A stretch of 46,607 nt of DNA from Syntrophomonadaceae bacterium (GTDB lineage Bacteria > Bacillota > Dethiobacteria > DTU022 > PWGO01), in the NCBI GenBank assembly GCA_003550565.1, contig PUKQ01000188.1, positions 1 to 46,607 on the forward strand, given 5' to 3'. Position 1 is the stretch's first letter; the number at the start of each line of letters is the position of its first letter. Of this stretch, positions 28,078 through 38,200 are shown in pieces. A program made the position numbers and the translations under genes. The notes under the pieces were generated by a model. It had not been told where the DNA came from and did not search any database. It was given only the letters and a program-made list of their open reading frames with translations.

Positions 28078-29223
28078 TTACTCCTTAATATATGCTTTAA
28101 TATATTCCGGCTTAATCATAGTCCCATCTACATGACAAATAGGAATTACTTTTGTAGGTGCATCAATGTTTTTAGATACTTCGCCGGCAATCTGTCCAAA
28201 ATTATGCTCAGGCACCATAATATATTTTTTGTTTTCACATTTATTATGCACCAAAGAATGTGGAAAAGGCCAGATAGTTTTTAAGGATAACAATCCTACC
28301 TTACTTCCTTCAATACGCGCATCTCGAAGCGCAGCAAGGGCTGATCTTTCTGCTGAGCCATAGGTAATAATAAGAGAATCTGCATCTTCGGTCTCCCATT
28401 CTTTAAACATCGTTATTTCTTCTTGATGAGATACAATTTTTTCTCGCAGCCTTAACCTCAATTTTTCTACTTCCTGGTGATTTTCAGTAGCGGGAAAGCC
28501 AGTTTTGTCATGAACTAAACCGGTAACATGATACCGGTATCCTTCTCCAAAATTTGCTATTACCGGAACTTCATTAATTGATGCCTCATATGGCTGATAA
28601 TTCCGGGGCGCTGCCTCCGGTGATGATTTTCTGTTAATAATGTTTATTGTATCTTTTTCTGGAAGAACAACCGATTCTCTAAGGTGCCCTATTACTTCTT
28701 CAAGTAATAATATTACCGGTACCCGGAATTGTTCCGCAAAATTAAATGCGGCAATGGTTAAAGTATAACATTCTTCCACATTAGAGGGTGACAAAGCAAT
28801 AATATCGTAATCGCCATGTCCTCCCCATTTTGCTTGCATTATATCTCCCTGGGCAGTTTTAGTAGGGCCACCCGTACTGGGGCCAAGACGTTGAACATTA
28901 ACAATAACAGCAGGTATTTCAGCTATTACTCCAAATCCAATATTTTCTTGCATAAGGCTAAATCCCGGGCCGCTGGTAGCAGTCATAGATTTGACTCCTG
29001 AAAGAGAAGCGCCCAAAACTGCAGCTAAGCTGGCTATTTCATCTTCCATTTGAATAAAGGTTCCTCCTGTATTTGGAAGCCTGCGTGCTAATATTTCCAT
29101 TATTTCCGTAGAAGGAGTTATAGGATAACCTGCATAAAATTCTAAACCGGAGGCAATAGCTGCTTCAGCACATGCTTCATTGCCTTGCATTAGCTCTATC
29201 TTTTCATGCTTTTTACTCTTCAT
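28078..29223 (-). CDS. 2-oxoacid:ferredoxin oxidoreductase alpha subunit (KorA-like)
   Basis: GNEA, YAGYPITPSTE, QMEDE, ATSGPG, QRLGPSTG. Confidence 0.94.
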   Translation of the reverse strand: MKSKKHEKIELMQGNEACAEAAIASGLEFYAGYPITPSTEIMEILARRLPNTGGTFIQMEDEIASLAAVLGASLSGVKSMTATSGPGFSLMQENIGFGVIAEIPAVIVNVQRLGPSTGGPTKTAQGDIMQAKWGGHGDYDIIALSPSNVEECYTLTIAAFNFAEQFRVPVILLLEEVIGHLRESVVLPEKDTINIINRKSSPEAAPRNYQPYEASINEVPVIANFGEGYRYHVTGLVHDKTGFPATENHQEVEKLRLRLREKIVSHQEEITMFKEWETEDADSLIITYGSAERSALAALRDARIEGSKVGLLSLKTIWPFPHSLVHNKCENKKYIMVPEHNFGQIAGEVSKNIDAPTKVIPICHVDGTMIKPEYIKAYIKE

Positions 29224-29428
29224 TTAATTCCTCCAGTTTAATAGCAAAATCAGGACAGCGTAATTGACATAAACCACACAAAGTGCATTTTTCAGGATGA
29301 GATACTTGCACTCTTCCATTTTTATCTGTTTCAAAAACACCTTGAGGGCAAAACTCTTTACAAATAAGGCAATCTTTACACCAAGTTTTATTAATTTTTA
29401 CCGGTAAAAGATTAGTTTCTGAGTTCAT
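29213..29428 (-). CDS. 2[4Fe-4S] ferredoxin, oxidoreductase delta subunit
   Basis: CKDCLICKEFCP and CTLCGLCQLRCPDFAI. Confidence 0.9.
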   Translation of the reverse strand: MNSETNLLPVKINKTWCKDCLICKEFCPQGVFETDKNGRVQVSHPEKCTLCGLCQLRCPDFAIKLEELNEE

Positions 29429-30278
29429 CAGTATTTCCTTTCTTAGAGAAAACCTTTAAAAGTTCCAAATAAGTATAATCAATGCCTAAAAAACTTGTTG
29501 TATTTAAATCACGGGTAGAGTTTTTTTCATCACCATGAAAATCTGAGCCGCCGGTAATTAATAAATTTTCTTGTCGGGCTAATTGTTCATAAAATAAAGT
29601 TTGCCCCCTGCTATGTTCGGGATGATATACTTCTATTCCCTTTATTCCTTCACTTTTTAATGTTTGAAGGGTTTGGACCCCTTCTGAAGTTATTCCCGGA
29701 TGGGCGAGAACAGGAACAGCATTACATTCTATTAAGAGTTCTATGGCCTCTTTAGTTTTCAACCTCAATCTGGGTATATAGACTGGCCTTCCTCGGTCCA
29801 AATATTTATTAAACGCTTCTTCCACGCTTGAAACATATCCTTTTTTAAAAAGTACACGAGCTAAGTGCAGCCTGCCCGGAGCCGCATTGCCAATTTCTTT
29901 TTTTATGTCCTCCCAGCTCACAGCAACCGACATTTTATTAAGAATTTCTATCATTTGGGCAATTCTTGTATACCGACCGTCTCTCAGATCGTAAAGGACT
30001 GTTTCGAGTTTGTCGAATTTTTGGGGAAAATAACCTAGAATATGTAATTCTTTGGATTTATAACCCACACTGATTTCCACGCCCGGGATAACTTCGAGGG
30101 CAAATTTATTACCGGCATTTATTGCTTCATTGACACCTTTTGTTGTCTCATGATCAGTTAAAGCTATGGCAGATAATCCGCTTGAAGAAGCCATTTCCAC
30201 CAATTCTGTTGGTGAATAAACACCGTCAGATTCGGTGCTATGTAAATGCAAATCAACTTTATTACTAAGTTCGGGCAC
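29412..30278 (-). CDS. PHP domain phosphoesterase (YciV/TrpH-like)
   Basis: DLHLHSTESDG, ALTDHE, GVEIS, HILGY, LAHP, GGSDFHG. Start likely GTG 30278 after AAGGAG. Confidence 0.9.
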   Translation of the reverse strand: MPELSNKVDLHLHSTESDGVYSPTELVEMASSSGLSAIALTDHETTKGVNEAINAGNKFALEVIPGVEISVGYKSKELHILGYFPQKFDKLETVLYDLRDGRYTRIAQMIEILNKMSVAVSWEDIKKEIGNAAPGRLHLARVLFKKGYVSSVEEAFNKYLDRGRPVYIPRLRLKTKEAIELLIECNAVPVLAHPGITSEGVQTLQTLKSEGIKGIEVYHPEHSRGQTLFYEQLARQENLLITGGSDFHGDEKNSTRDLNTTSFLGIDYTYLELLKVFSKKGNTDELRN

Positions 30279-30509
30279 ACTGCCGCTCCTTATTATTTTA
30301 TTTAGTGAACACAATCATAATAATTAATATTTTTGATTAACAAATATCTTTATATTGTCAAAGATAACTTCTATAAAAGTGCGCTATATCCCTCTTAATT
30401 CAATGTTTTTTCAATGCCCCTTTCCAAATGGCTGTAACAATAAAAAAATCTTACACCTAAAACCATATTGATGTAAGATTGGCAAGATGGTAAATATTTG
30501 TATTTTTGT

Positions 30510-30770
30510 TTAACGAGGCTCCACAATCAATTTAATGGCTGTTCTTTCTTCTCCATCAATTTCCACATCTGTAAATGCCGGTATACAAACTAAATCTACA
30601 CCACTGGGGGCCACAAAGCCTCTTGCGATTGCCACCGCCTTTACTGCCTGATTTAAAGCTCCCGCCCCGATAGCCTGTACTTCAGCACCTCCACGTTCCC
30701 TTAAAACTCCTGCTAATGCTCCGGCTACAGAATTTGGATTAGACTTTGCTGAAACTTTTAAGACTTCCAT
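30510..30770 (-). CDS. spoVS: Stage V sporulation protein S
   Basis: MEVLKVSAKSNPNSVAGALAGVLRE...AIGAGALNQAVKA. Confidence 0.97.
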   Translation of the reverse strand: MEVLKVSAKSNPNSVAGALAGVLRERGGAEVQAIGAGALNQAVKAVAIARGFVAPSGVDLVCIPAFTDVEIDGEERTAIKLIVEPR

Positions 30771-30850
30771 TTAGCGTTTTCTCCTCCTTTTACTTGAATT
30801 AGTTAGGCATATAATAGTATATATTTTGATAATATTTTCATAGTAAATTA

Positions 30851-30878
30851 ATTCTCGCATTACACATATAATTCCTGC
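30851..30878 (-). promoter_or_regulatory. sigma-H-like promoter of spoVS
   Basis: GCAGGAATT...GAATTA (AGGA-N18-GAAT); spoVS is sigma-H dependent in B. subtilis. Confidence 0.6.
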
Positions 30879-30918
30879 AAGAAAATTATAAAAATTACAT
30901 TATTTTTTATAATTTAAT

Positions 30919-31698
30919 TTATTTAACTATCTTAAATATTCTTTTTATTTCAATACAATTTCCTTCACTATTAAATTCAAGGTAAACAGCATTAAATTGC
31001 AATGGTTTTAAATTACTGACATGAAGCTTCATAGGTATTTTGGTAATAAATTTTTCTATGGCAGAATCAACATTAATTCCGATTACAGATTCATAAGGCC
31101 CTGTCATTCCTACATCGGTTATATAGGCAGTAACATTATCCATTATTTTTTCATCAGCAGTTTGTACATGAGTATGAGTCCCTAAAACTGCGCTTACTTT
31201 CTTTCTAAGAAAATATCCCATGGCATTTTTTTCAGAGGTTGCTTCAGCATGGAAGTCTATAATTATGAATGGAGTTTTGGCGCGCATTTTAGCTATTTCT
31301 TCCTCTACCGTGCGAAATGGACAATCTAACTCCGATATAAATACCCTACCTGACAAGTTTATAACACCTAATAAATCATTGTTTACTTGATAACATTCCG
31401 ATCCTTGGCCCGGCGTACCCGGTGGATAGTTCATCGGGCGGAGCAAACGGGGTTCTTCATCTATAAAGTTAAAAACTTCTTTTTTGTCCCAAATATGATT
31501 GCCTCCTGTGATAACATTTACTCCATTAGCAAATAGTTCATTTGCTACTTCACTGGTAATACCAAGTCCTCCCGCTAAATTTTCGCCGTTAGCAATAATA
31601 AAATCCAGTTCATATTTGCTTTTTAGTTCGGGAATCATTATTTTAAGGCAATCCCTGCCCGGTTTACCAACTACATCACCTATGAAAAGAACTTTCAA
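30919..31698 (-). CDS. ymdB: YmdB-family metallophosphoesterase (TIGR00282)
   Basis: FIGDVVGKPGR, ANGEN, GNHIWD, DFHAEATSEK, GTHTHVQTAD; TTG start at 31698 after GGAGG. Confidence 0.94.
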   Translation of the reverse strand: MKVLFIGDVVGKPGRDCLKIMIPELKSKYELDFIIANGENLAGGLGITSEVANELFANGVNVITGGNHIWDKKEVFNFIDEEPRLLRPMNYPPGTPGQGSECYQVNNDLLGVINLSGRVFISELDCPFRTVEEEIAKMRAKTPFIIIDFHAEATSEKNAMGYFLRKKVSAVLGTHTHVQTADEKIMDNVTAYITDVGMTGPYESVIGINVDSAIEKFITKIPMKLHVSNLKPLQFNAVYLEFNSEGNCIEIKRIFKIVK

Positions 31699-31775
31699 TT
31701 TCTTCCCTCCTTCTTGATGCATGATCATATAATTTATTTGAAGTCATTATATCAATAATAGCAAAAAGCTACTAA

Positions 31776-31815
31776 TGATTAAAAAGTGCCTTTTAAGTAA
31801 GGCACTTTTTAATCA
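31776..31815. terminator. Intrinsic terminator after rny
   Basis: 17-bp perfect inverted repeat TGATTAAAAAGTGCCTT / AAGGCACTTTTTAATCA. Confidence 0.8.
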
Positions 31816-31846
31816 AGAAATGTATAAACTTATTTTAAGTAGAAAA

Positions 31847-33391
31847 TTATTTAGCATAATCTACTGCTCTTGTTTCTCTAATAACAGTAACTTTTATTTG
31901 ACCGGGATATTCCATTTCTTCTTCAATTCTTTTAACCATATCACGGGCAATTATAGTTGCATTACCGTCATTAACTTGCTCAGGCTTTACGATAATTCTT
32001 ATTTCTCTGCCGGCTTGAATAGCATAACATTTTTCGACCCCGTCAAAAGAATCAGCGACACTCTCCAGTTTTTCCAATCTCTTAATATAATTTTCCAGAC
32101 TTTCTCTTCTAGCTCCCGGCCTTGATGCAGAAATAGCGTCAGCGGCCTGAATAAGGACTGCTTCTGAGGTTTTAAAGTCTGTATCTCCATGATGTGCTTC
32201 AATGGCGTTAAGAATATCCGGAGATTCTTTATACTTTTTAGCCAAACTAGCTCCAATGTTTACATGAGCGCCTTCCATTTCTTGATCCATGGCTTTTCCT
32301 ATATCATGCAATAATCCGGCTCTTTTAGCAAAGTTGGTGTCCAGGCCTAATTCTGAAGCCATTATTCCGGCCAATTGTGAAACTTCAATGGAATGTTGAA
32401 GTACGTTTTGACCGTAGCTTGTGCGATATCGCAGTTTACCCAGTAAATTTGCTAATTCTGAATGCAAACCATGTACTCCGGTTTTTAGTGTTGCTCTTTC
32501 TCCTTCTTCACGGATTATTTCATCAACTTCTTGGCGCGCTTTATCAACCATTTCTTCTATACGAGCGGGATGAATACGCCCGTCATTAATTAATTTTTCC
32601 AGCGATATTCGCGCAATCTCCCTGCGAATAGGATCAAAACCAGAAATAATAACTGCTCCCGGAGTATCATCAATAATTAAATCAATTCCGGTGAGGTTTT
32701 CCAACGCCCTGATATTTCTTCCTTCGCGGCCAATAATTCTACCCTTCATTTCATCATTTGGTAAATTTACCACGGAAACAGTTGACTCTGAAGTATGTTC
32801 AGCTGCACACCTTTGAATAGCCATGGTAATTATATCTCGAGATTTCTTTTCTGCTTCTTCGAGTGCTTGTTCTTCCATTTCTTTAATCACTATAGACATT
32901 TCATGTTCCACATCTTTTTTAACTTTTTCCAACAGTAATTCTTTTGCTTCTTCAGAAGTTAGCTTAGACAATCTTTCTAATTCTTCAACCTGCTGCTGGT
33001 ATAGCTCATCCACCTTTTTTTGAGTTTGATCAATTTGTTCTTCTTTTTTGAGCAATTCATCTTCTTTCTTTTCAATAAAACCAGACTTTTTATCCAGGCT
33101 TTCTTCTTTTTGAATAAGACGCTTTTCTAGCCGCTGTAATTCTGATTTTCTCTCTTTATTTTCTTTTTCTATTTCATTACGCAATCGATGTGCTTCTTCT
33201 TTAGCTTCTAAATCTTTTTCTCGCTTTAAAGAAGCAGCTTCCGCTTCTGCCTCTTCTAATATCTTCCTTGATTTTTCTTCTGCATTTGTAATCTTTTTTT
33301 CAGCAAAATTTTTACGAATAAAATAACCGATGCCCAATCCGGCTAAAATTGCAAGAATTGCAGTTATAATAATCATAAATATTCCATCCAT
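31847..33391 (-). CDS. rny: Ribonuclease Y
   Basis: N-terminal TM, coiled coil, KH ([14 protein letters not shown]) and HD (LLHDIGK) domains. Confidence 0.97.
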   Translation of the reverse strand: MDGIFMIIITAILAILAGLGIGYFIRKNFAEKKITNAEEKSRKILEEAEAEAASLKREKDLEAKEEAHRLRNEIEKENKERKSELQRLEKRLIQKEESLDKKSGFIEKKEDELLKKEEQIDQTQKKVDELYQQQVEELERLSKLTSEEAKELLLEKVKKDVEHEMSIVIKEMEEQALEEAEKKSRDIITMAIQRCAAEHTSESTVSVVNLPNDEMKGRIIGREGRNIRALENLTGIDLIIDDTPGAVIISGFDPIRREIARISLEKLINDGRIHPARIEEMVDKARQEVDEIIREEGERATLKTGVHGLHSELANLLGKLRYRTSYGQNVLQHSIEVSQLAGIMASELGLDTNFAKRAGLLHDIGKAMDQEMEGAHVNIGASLAKKYKESPDILNAIEAHHGDTDFKTSEAVLIQAADAISASRPGARRESLENYIKRLEKLESVADSFDGVEKCYAIQAGREIRIIVKPEQVNDGNATIIARDMVKRIEEEMEYPGQIKVTVIRETRAVDYAK

Positions 33392-33447
33392 TATTACACC
33401 TCCTCCATTTTTTGGTTATCTGATAATTGATGCCTTTTGCTTCATAC

Positions 33448-33477
33448 AAAAAAATAGTTGTGTGGAAACACAACTAT
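33448..33477 (-). terminator. Intrinsic terminator within the rny leader
   Basis: ATAGTTGTGT-N4-ACACAACTAT perfect 10-bp stem followed by a T tract on the minus strand. Confidence 0.7.
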
Positions 33478-33647
33478 CAAAAGAGAAAAACATACTATTT
33501 TCCTTTGTCTAGGGAGTTTTCCCTATATTATTCCAAAGGTATTAATCTTAAAATTTATATACAATTTAGTGCATTGCACTTTTTATAATTCTCTTTTATT
33601 TGTATTTCCACATCTAAATAAATTAATTTGCATTAATCTTTGTATAT

Positions 33648-33676
33648 ATTGTAACCCCTATTAAAGGGCATGTCAA
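33648..33676 (-). promoter_or_regulatory. sigma-A promoter upstream of rny
   Basis: TTGACA (33676-33671), 17 nt spacer, TACAAT (33653-33648). Confidence 0.75.
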
Positions 33677-33692
33677 ATTGTAAAAACCTTCA

Positions 33693-34175
33693 TTAAATAA
33701 AGTAATTTTTGAGAACAATATTGATTATATCTCCCGGGAATCCTCGTCTTTTTAAATACTGAGCTGTTTTGCGTTTTAAATGTAAGTCGTTTCTATCATA
33801 CTGATAAGGTAGGTACTTTTCTACCACACTATAAGATGTTTGATATTCGCTGTTAAAATTAATATTCTCTTCTAAAACTTCTTTAATAATTTCTTTGTCT
33901 ACGCCTTTTTCCTCAAGCTCGTATTTAATTCTTAAAGAGCCCCGACCCCTTCGAACCGAATATTCTAACCACTCTTTTGCAAATTGCCGGTCATCTAGCA
34001 AATCAAACTTTATTAATTTAGGTATAACTTCTTTGATAACAGTATCGTCAAAATTCTTTTGGCTCAAATATATTTCCATCTCTCTTATACTTCTGGCTCG
34101 ATATGAAAGAAAGTTAAGAGCTTTCCCCCAGGCAATTTTTAATATTTTTTCATTCTCGATATAATCTTCTGCCAT
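33693..34175 (-). CDS. recX: Regulatory protein RecX
   Basis: ALNFLSYRARS, LDDRQFA, RIKYELEEKGV, LKRRGF; directly after recA. Confidence 0.92.
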   Translation of the reverse strand: MAEDYIENEKILKIAWGKALNFLSYRARSIREMEIYLSQKNFDDTVIKEVIPKLIKFDLLDDRQFAKEWLEYSVRRGRGSLRIKYELEEKGVDKEIIKEVLEENINFNSEYQTSYSVVEKYLPYQYDRNDLHLKRKTAQYLKRRGFPGDIINIVLKNYFI

Positions 34176-35218
34176 TATTCTTCATTTTCTGACTTGTTTT
34201 CTTTTGTTTCACTGGAATATTGTTGCTCATTTTTATTAGGTAATTCATAAATCTCCCTGAGTTTGTGTTCAATTTTTTTACTAAGTTCCGGATTACTAGC
34301 AAGATGTTCCCTTACTTTTTCTTTGCCCTGCCCCAGCCGTTCTTCCTCGAAAGAAAACCATGCACCGCTTTTTTGAATGACATCTTTTGCTGTTCCTAAA
34401 TCAATTAAAGCACCTTCATGAGAAATACCATATCCATAAAGAAGGTCAAATTCTGCAACTTTAAATGGAGGAGCCACTTTATTTTTTACTACTTTTGCCT
34501 TGGTCCTGTTTCCGATTATTTCATCGCCTTTTTTGAGTGGTTCGTTTCTACGCACTTCCAACCTCACTGAAGAATAAAATTTCAAAGCTCTTCCGCCGGG
34601 AGTAGTTTCGGGGTTTCCAAACATTACTCCTACCTTTTCTCTAATTTGATTGATAAAAATTGCCGTAGTATTAGATTTACTTATTACTGCAGATAATTTG
34701 CGCAGAGCCTGTGACATAAGTCTCGCTTGTAAACCGACATGAGTATCTCCCATTTCACCTTCTATTTCTGCCCTGGGAGCTAAAGCCGCTACCGAATCCA
34801 CTACAATAACATCAACAGCAGCACTGCGAACAAGCACTTCAGCAATTTCCAAAGCCTGTTCCCCGGTATCAGGTTGAGATACTAAAAGTTCATCAAGATT
34901 TACTCCGAGATTGTTAGCATAATAGGGATCAAGAGCATTCTCTGCATCAATAAAAGCTGCATTGCCTCCTCTTTTTTGAGCTTCAGCTATCACATGCAAA
35001 GCCACTGTTGTTTTACCGGAGGATTCCGGCCCATATAATTCTACTACCCTACCCCGGGGAAATCCGCCTATTCCCAGAGCTACGTCTATTGATAGACAAC
35101 CGGTGGGTATCACTTCAAAACCACCTTTTGCTCCTTCCCCCAGTTTCATAATGGAACCCTTGCCAAATTGTTTTTCGATTTGTGATAATGCTGATTCCAA
35201 AGCTTTTTGTTTGTCCAT
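34175..35218 (-). CDS. recA: Recombinase RecA
   Basis: [52 protein letters not shown]. Confidence 0.98.
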   Translation of the reverse strand: MDKQKALESALSQIEKQFGKGSIMKLGEGAKGGFEVIPTGCLSIDVALGIGGFPRGRVVELYGPESSGKTTVALHVIAEAQKRGGNAAFIDAENALDPYYANNLGVNLDELLVSQPDTGEQALEIAEVLVRSAAVDVIVVDSVAALAPRAEIEGEMGDTHVGLQARLMSQALRKLSAVISKSNTTAIFINQIREKVGVMFGNPETTPGGRALKFYSSVRLEVRRNEPLKKGDEIIGNRTKAKVVKNKVAPPFKVAEFDLLYGYGISHEGALIDLGTAKDVIQKSGAWFSFEEERLGQGKEKVREHLASNPELSKKIEHKLREIYELPNKNEQQYSSETKENKSENEE

Positions 35219-35265
35219 GCAAAAACCTCCTCTTCTTTAAACACCCTAAAATTATTTTATTCTGC

Positions 35266-35841
35266 TTACATACTATTTTCTCCTGCACAAAACTTAAATT
35301 TCTGTAAAGAAACATAAGTAGCGCCTTTTGGTGAGAGAATACTTTGATAAAGATTTATATGAGTGGCCTTTGAAGCCGGTGTACTAAAGTCTTTATAATT
35401 ATCTAAAATTTGATTTAGCGGATCATTCCTATTAAAATTCTTAATTCGCCCTAAAGTAACGTGAGGCATAAATTCTTTTTTCTCTTCTTCAAACCCTTTG
35501 TTCTTAAGTTTTTGATTAATGCTCTTGCTCAGTTCAATTATTTTTTCGTTTCCTTTTTCCACACCTGCCCATATTACCCGAGGACGTTTTTTATTTGGAA
35601 ACACCCCCAATTTTTTAAGATTAAAATCAAAAGGCCTGAACGTTTTTACAGCTTGATGCAACAAAGAAAAAAGGGTTTCATGAGGTATTGTTTCCACTTC
35701 TCCTAAAAACTTTAAGGTGATATGCAGTGCATAAACATCTACCCACTTCACATTGTTGAGGCTTGGTTTTAGTTCATCTTGCAGGAGGGTTAAATGAGAT
35801 TTTTGTTCCTCGCTTAGGTCCAAAGCAATAAATAATCGCAA
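35266..35841 (-). CDS. thpR: RNA 2',3'-cyclic phosphodiesterase (2H family)
   Basis: MRLFIA; two HxT motifs (HITLKFLG, PHVTLGR). Confidence 0.93.
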   Translation of the reverse strand: MRLFIALDLSEEQKSHLTLLQDELKPSLNNVKWVDVYALHITLKFLGEVETIPHETLFSLLHQAVKTFRPFDFNLKKLGVFPNKKRPRVIWAGVEKGNEKIIELSKSINQKLKNKGFEEEKKEFMPHVTLGRIKNFNRNDPLNQILDNYKDFSTPASKATHINLYQSILSPKGATYVSLQKFKFCAGENSM

Positions 35842-35883
35842 TTATATCACCTCATATCTACACGATATCAATTCAAAAAGTAA

Positions 35884-37239
35884 TTATTTTAGGACATGAT
35901 AACCTAATAAATCGTAACTGGTAAAACCGTAAAAATGTACCGGAACAATTTGACCGGGATTTAACTGCATTTTTGAAGATAATATAACATTCCCGTCAAT
36001 TTCCGGGGCCTGATAAACATTTCTGCCGCGGTAATAAATAATATCATTTTCATTTGTATGTTCTCTTTTTTCTATCAGCACCTGCATTGTCCGGCCTTTA
36101 AAATTTTGATTAAGCCGGCAAGAAATCTGTTTTTGCATGCTCATCATTTTGTGATAACGGCTTAGCCTATCTTTTAGTGGAACTTGTTTTTTAAAATGAT
36201 AGGCAGGTGTATTTATTTCGGGAGAATATTGAAAAACACCCACATTATCTAACGGATATATTTTAAGAAATGAAATAAGCTCATTAAATTCTTTTGTAGT
36301 TTCACCAGGAAAACCTACTAAAAATGTGCTCCTAATAGTTATTCTTTTTTTTCTTAATGCATGCCAAAGTTTCACTATATGCTTCTTGTTATAACTACGC
36401 CCCATATCCTTGAGGATGCGATTGTTAACATGTTGTAGCGGTAGATCTATATAAGGGCAAACTTTATTCTCATTTGCTAAAATATCGATAACAGCATCAT
36501 CGAGGTGAGCTGGATGAGCATATAATAGCCTTATCCATTTTATACCTTTCAATCGGGACAATTTATTCAGTAACAGGGGAAGCATATTCTTTTCCCCTTT
36601 TTCTTTTCCATAATATGTAGTGTCCTGGGCAACCAGATTGATTTCTTTAGTGCCTTTTTTGGCCAGCATTTCTGCTTCATCTAAAATTGACTTTAAAGGA
36701 CGGCTTTTGTATGAACCACGTATAGATGGTATAGCACAATAGTTACATTTATTATTGCAGCCTTCTGCAATTTTCAAGTACGCGCTATATTCAGGTAATG
36801 TAAGAATGCGTTCTCCCCATGATCTATATTCATTTGGAGGAACTTTTAATAAAGACGAGCGGATTTTATGTTTTAAGGCCGCATTTAGTAGCTTTTCGAT
36901 ATGCTCATAACTGTGTACCCCCATCATAATGTCAATTTCCGGAACATTTTTGATCAGCAGACGGCTATGTTTTTGAGGCATACATCCTGTAGCTATTAAA
37001 ATCCGGCATTTACCTTGACTTTTATAATTAGATACTTCCCGCAAAGACTTTATGGATTCCAGACGGGCCTCTTCTATAAAAGCACAGGTATTTACAATAA
37101 TTATATCTGATTCCTCAAGCCTGGAACTAATAAAGTAACCATGGTTATTTAGTTTTCCCAAAACCTCTTCTATGTCTATGCGATTTTTGGCACATCCCAG
37201 AGTAATAACACCTATGGTTAATTTATCATGCATATACAT
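35884..37239 (-). CDS. rimO: Ribosomal protein S12 methylthiotransferase
   Basis: LGCAKN, NTCAFI, GC, KIAEGCNNKCNYCAIP, AQDTT, VGFPGET, APEIDG; conserved position after rodZ. Confidence 0.9.
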   Translation of the reverse strand: MYMHDKLTIGVITLGCAKNRIDIEEVLGKLNNHGYFISSRLEESDIIIVNTCAFIEEARLESIKSLREVSNYKSQGKCRILIATGCMPQKHSRLLIKNVPEIDIMMGVHSYEHIEKLLNAALKHKIRSSLLKVPPNEYRSWGERILTLPEYSAYLKIAEGCNNKCNYCAIPSIRGSYKSRPLKSILDEAEMLAKKGTKEINLVAQDTTYYGKEKGEKNMLPLLLNKLSRLKGIKWIRLLYAHPAHLDDAVIDILANENKVCPYIDLPLQHVNNRILKDMGRSYNKKHIVKLWHALRKKRITIRSTFLVGFPGETTKEFNELISFLKIYPLDNVGVFQYSPEINTPAYHFKKQVPLKDRLSRYHKMMSMQKQISCRLNQNFKGRTMQVLIEKREHTNENDIIYYRGRNVYQAPEIDGNVILSSKMQLNPGQIVPVHFYGFTSYDLLGYHVLK

Positions 37240-37247
37240 CCCCTTAT

Positions 37248-38144
37248 TTAGGAACCATTTTCTATGCGTTCAAAGATATAATTATGAGGTCTACTTCTTT
37301 CATCTAAATTTTCAATTTCTATTTCATTTAAAAACATACTAACCTGCCGAGGGTCTCCCAGTCTAATTCTTATTCTTTCTTCAGCAACCACATCTACCTT
37401 ATCCCCTCTGTTGAATGTTTCGCTATATAATTCTTCATCGTCTGCCAGGATATTAGTCCAACAATCTCCGTCAAAAATTAAATATAATTCCATATCTTCT
37501 TCACTTTTAAAATCCCAAGTAGTTTCTAATTCATCGGAATCTACTAATTCGAGATCAGGCTTTTCTACATCTTCCACCTCTTCTTCAAGTTCTTCCTCTT
37601 CTACCTCTTCTTCCTCATCTTCTATTTCTTTTTCTGAATCGGGCAATTCCTCTACAACTTCGGGAACTTTTTCTTCAACATCATTGTTGTTATCATCTAT
37701 AATTGCCAGGCCATTTCCTAAAAACAGCAGCATTCCTCCAAACAGCAACAAAAATAGAACAGTAAAAATGATAACATATACGGCAGTGTTGAAATATTTA
37801 ACTTCTGCAGTTTTAGTCTTTTTTTTATTTACCTTAAGTTTTTTAATATTTCTCTCCATTTCTTCAGAAACGGTTTTTTGTGGCTTGTCAGTTAAATCAT
37901 CTTTACTTTCAGGCTGTTTCCACTGATTATAAATATCCACGGCCTTATCGGGGTCAACTCCTACTTCTTTAGCATAAGCCCTGATGGCTCCTTTTATATA
38001 GGTTTCTCCGGCAAATGCATCATAGTTGCCGTTTTCCAGTTCCTGAAGCAATTTCTTTTGTATTTTGGTTTTTTCTGATATGTGCTCCAAGCTTATGTTA
38101 AATTCTTTGCGAGCGTTTTGTAATATACTTGCAAGTTCATCCAT
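37248..38144 (-). CDS. rodZ: RodZ/YmfM-like HTH-TM-DUF4115 protein
   Basis: N-terminal HTH (LQNARK...TKI...LENG...YIKGAIRAYA), TM helix, acidic linker, DCW...RIRLGDP domain. Confidence 0.85.
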   Translation of the reverse strand: MDELASILQNARKEFNISLEHISEKTKIQKKLLQELENGNYDAFAGETYIKGAIRAYAKEVGVDPDKAVDIYNQWKQPESKDDLTDKPQKTVSEEMERNIKKLKVNKKKTKTAEVKYFNTAVYVIIFTVLFLLLFGGMLLFLGNGLAIIDDNNNDVEEKVPEVVEELPDSEKEIEDEEEEVEEEELEEEVEDVEKPDLELVDSDELETTWDFKSEEDMELYLIFDGDCWTNILADDEELYSETFNRGDKVDVVAEERIRIRLGDPRQVSMFLNEIEIENLDERSRPHNYIFERIENGS

Positions 38145-38200
38145 TTTAATTTACCTTTCTTTAATTCTTATATTTATTATAAAGAATAAGTAGTAAAAAA

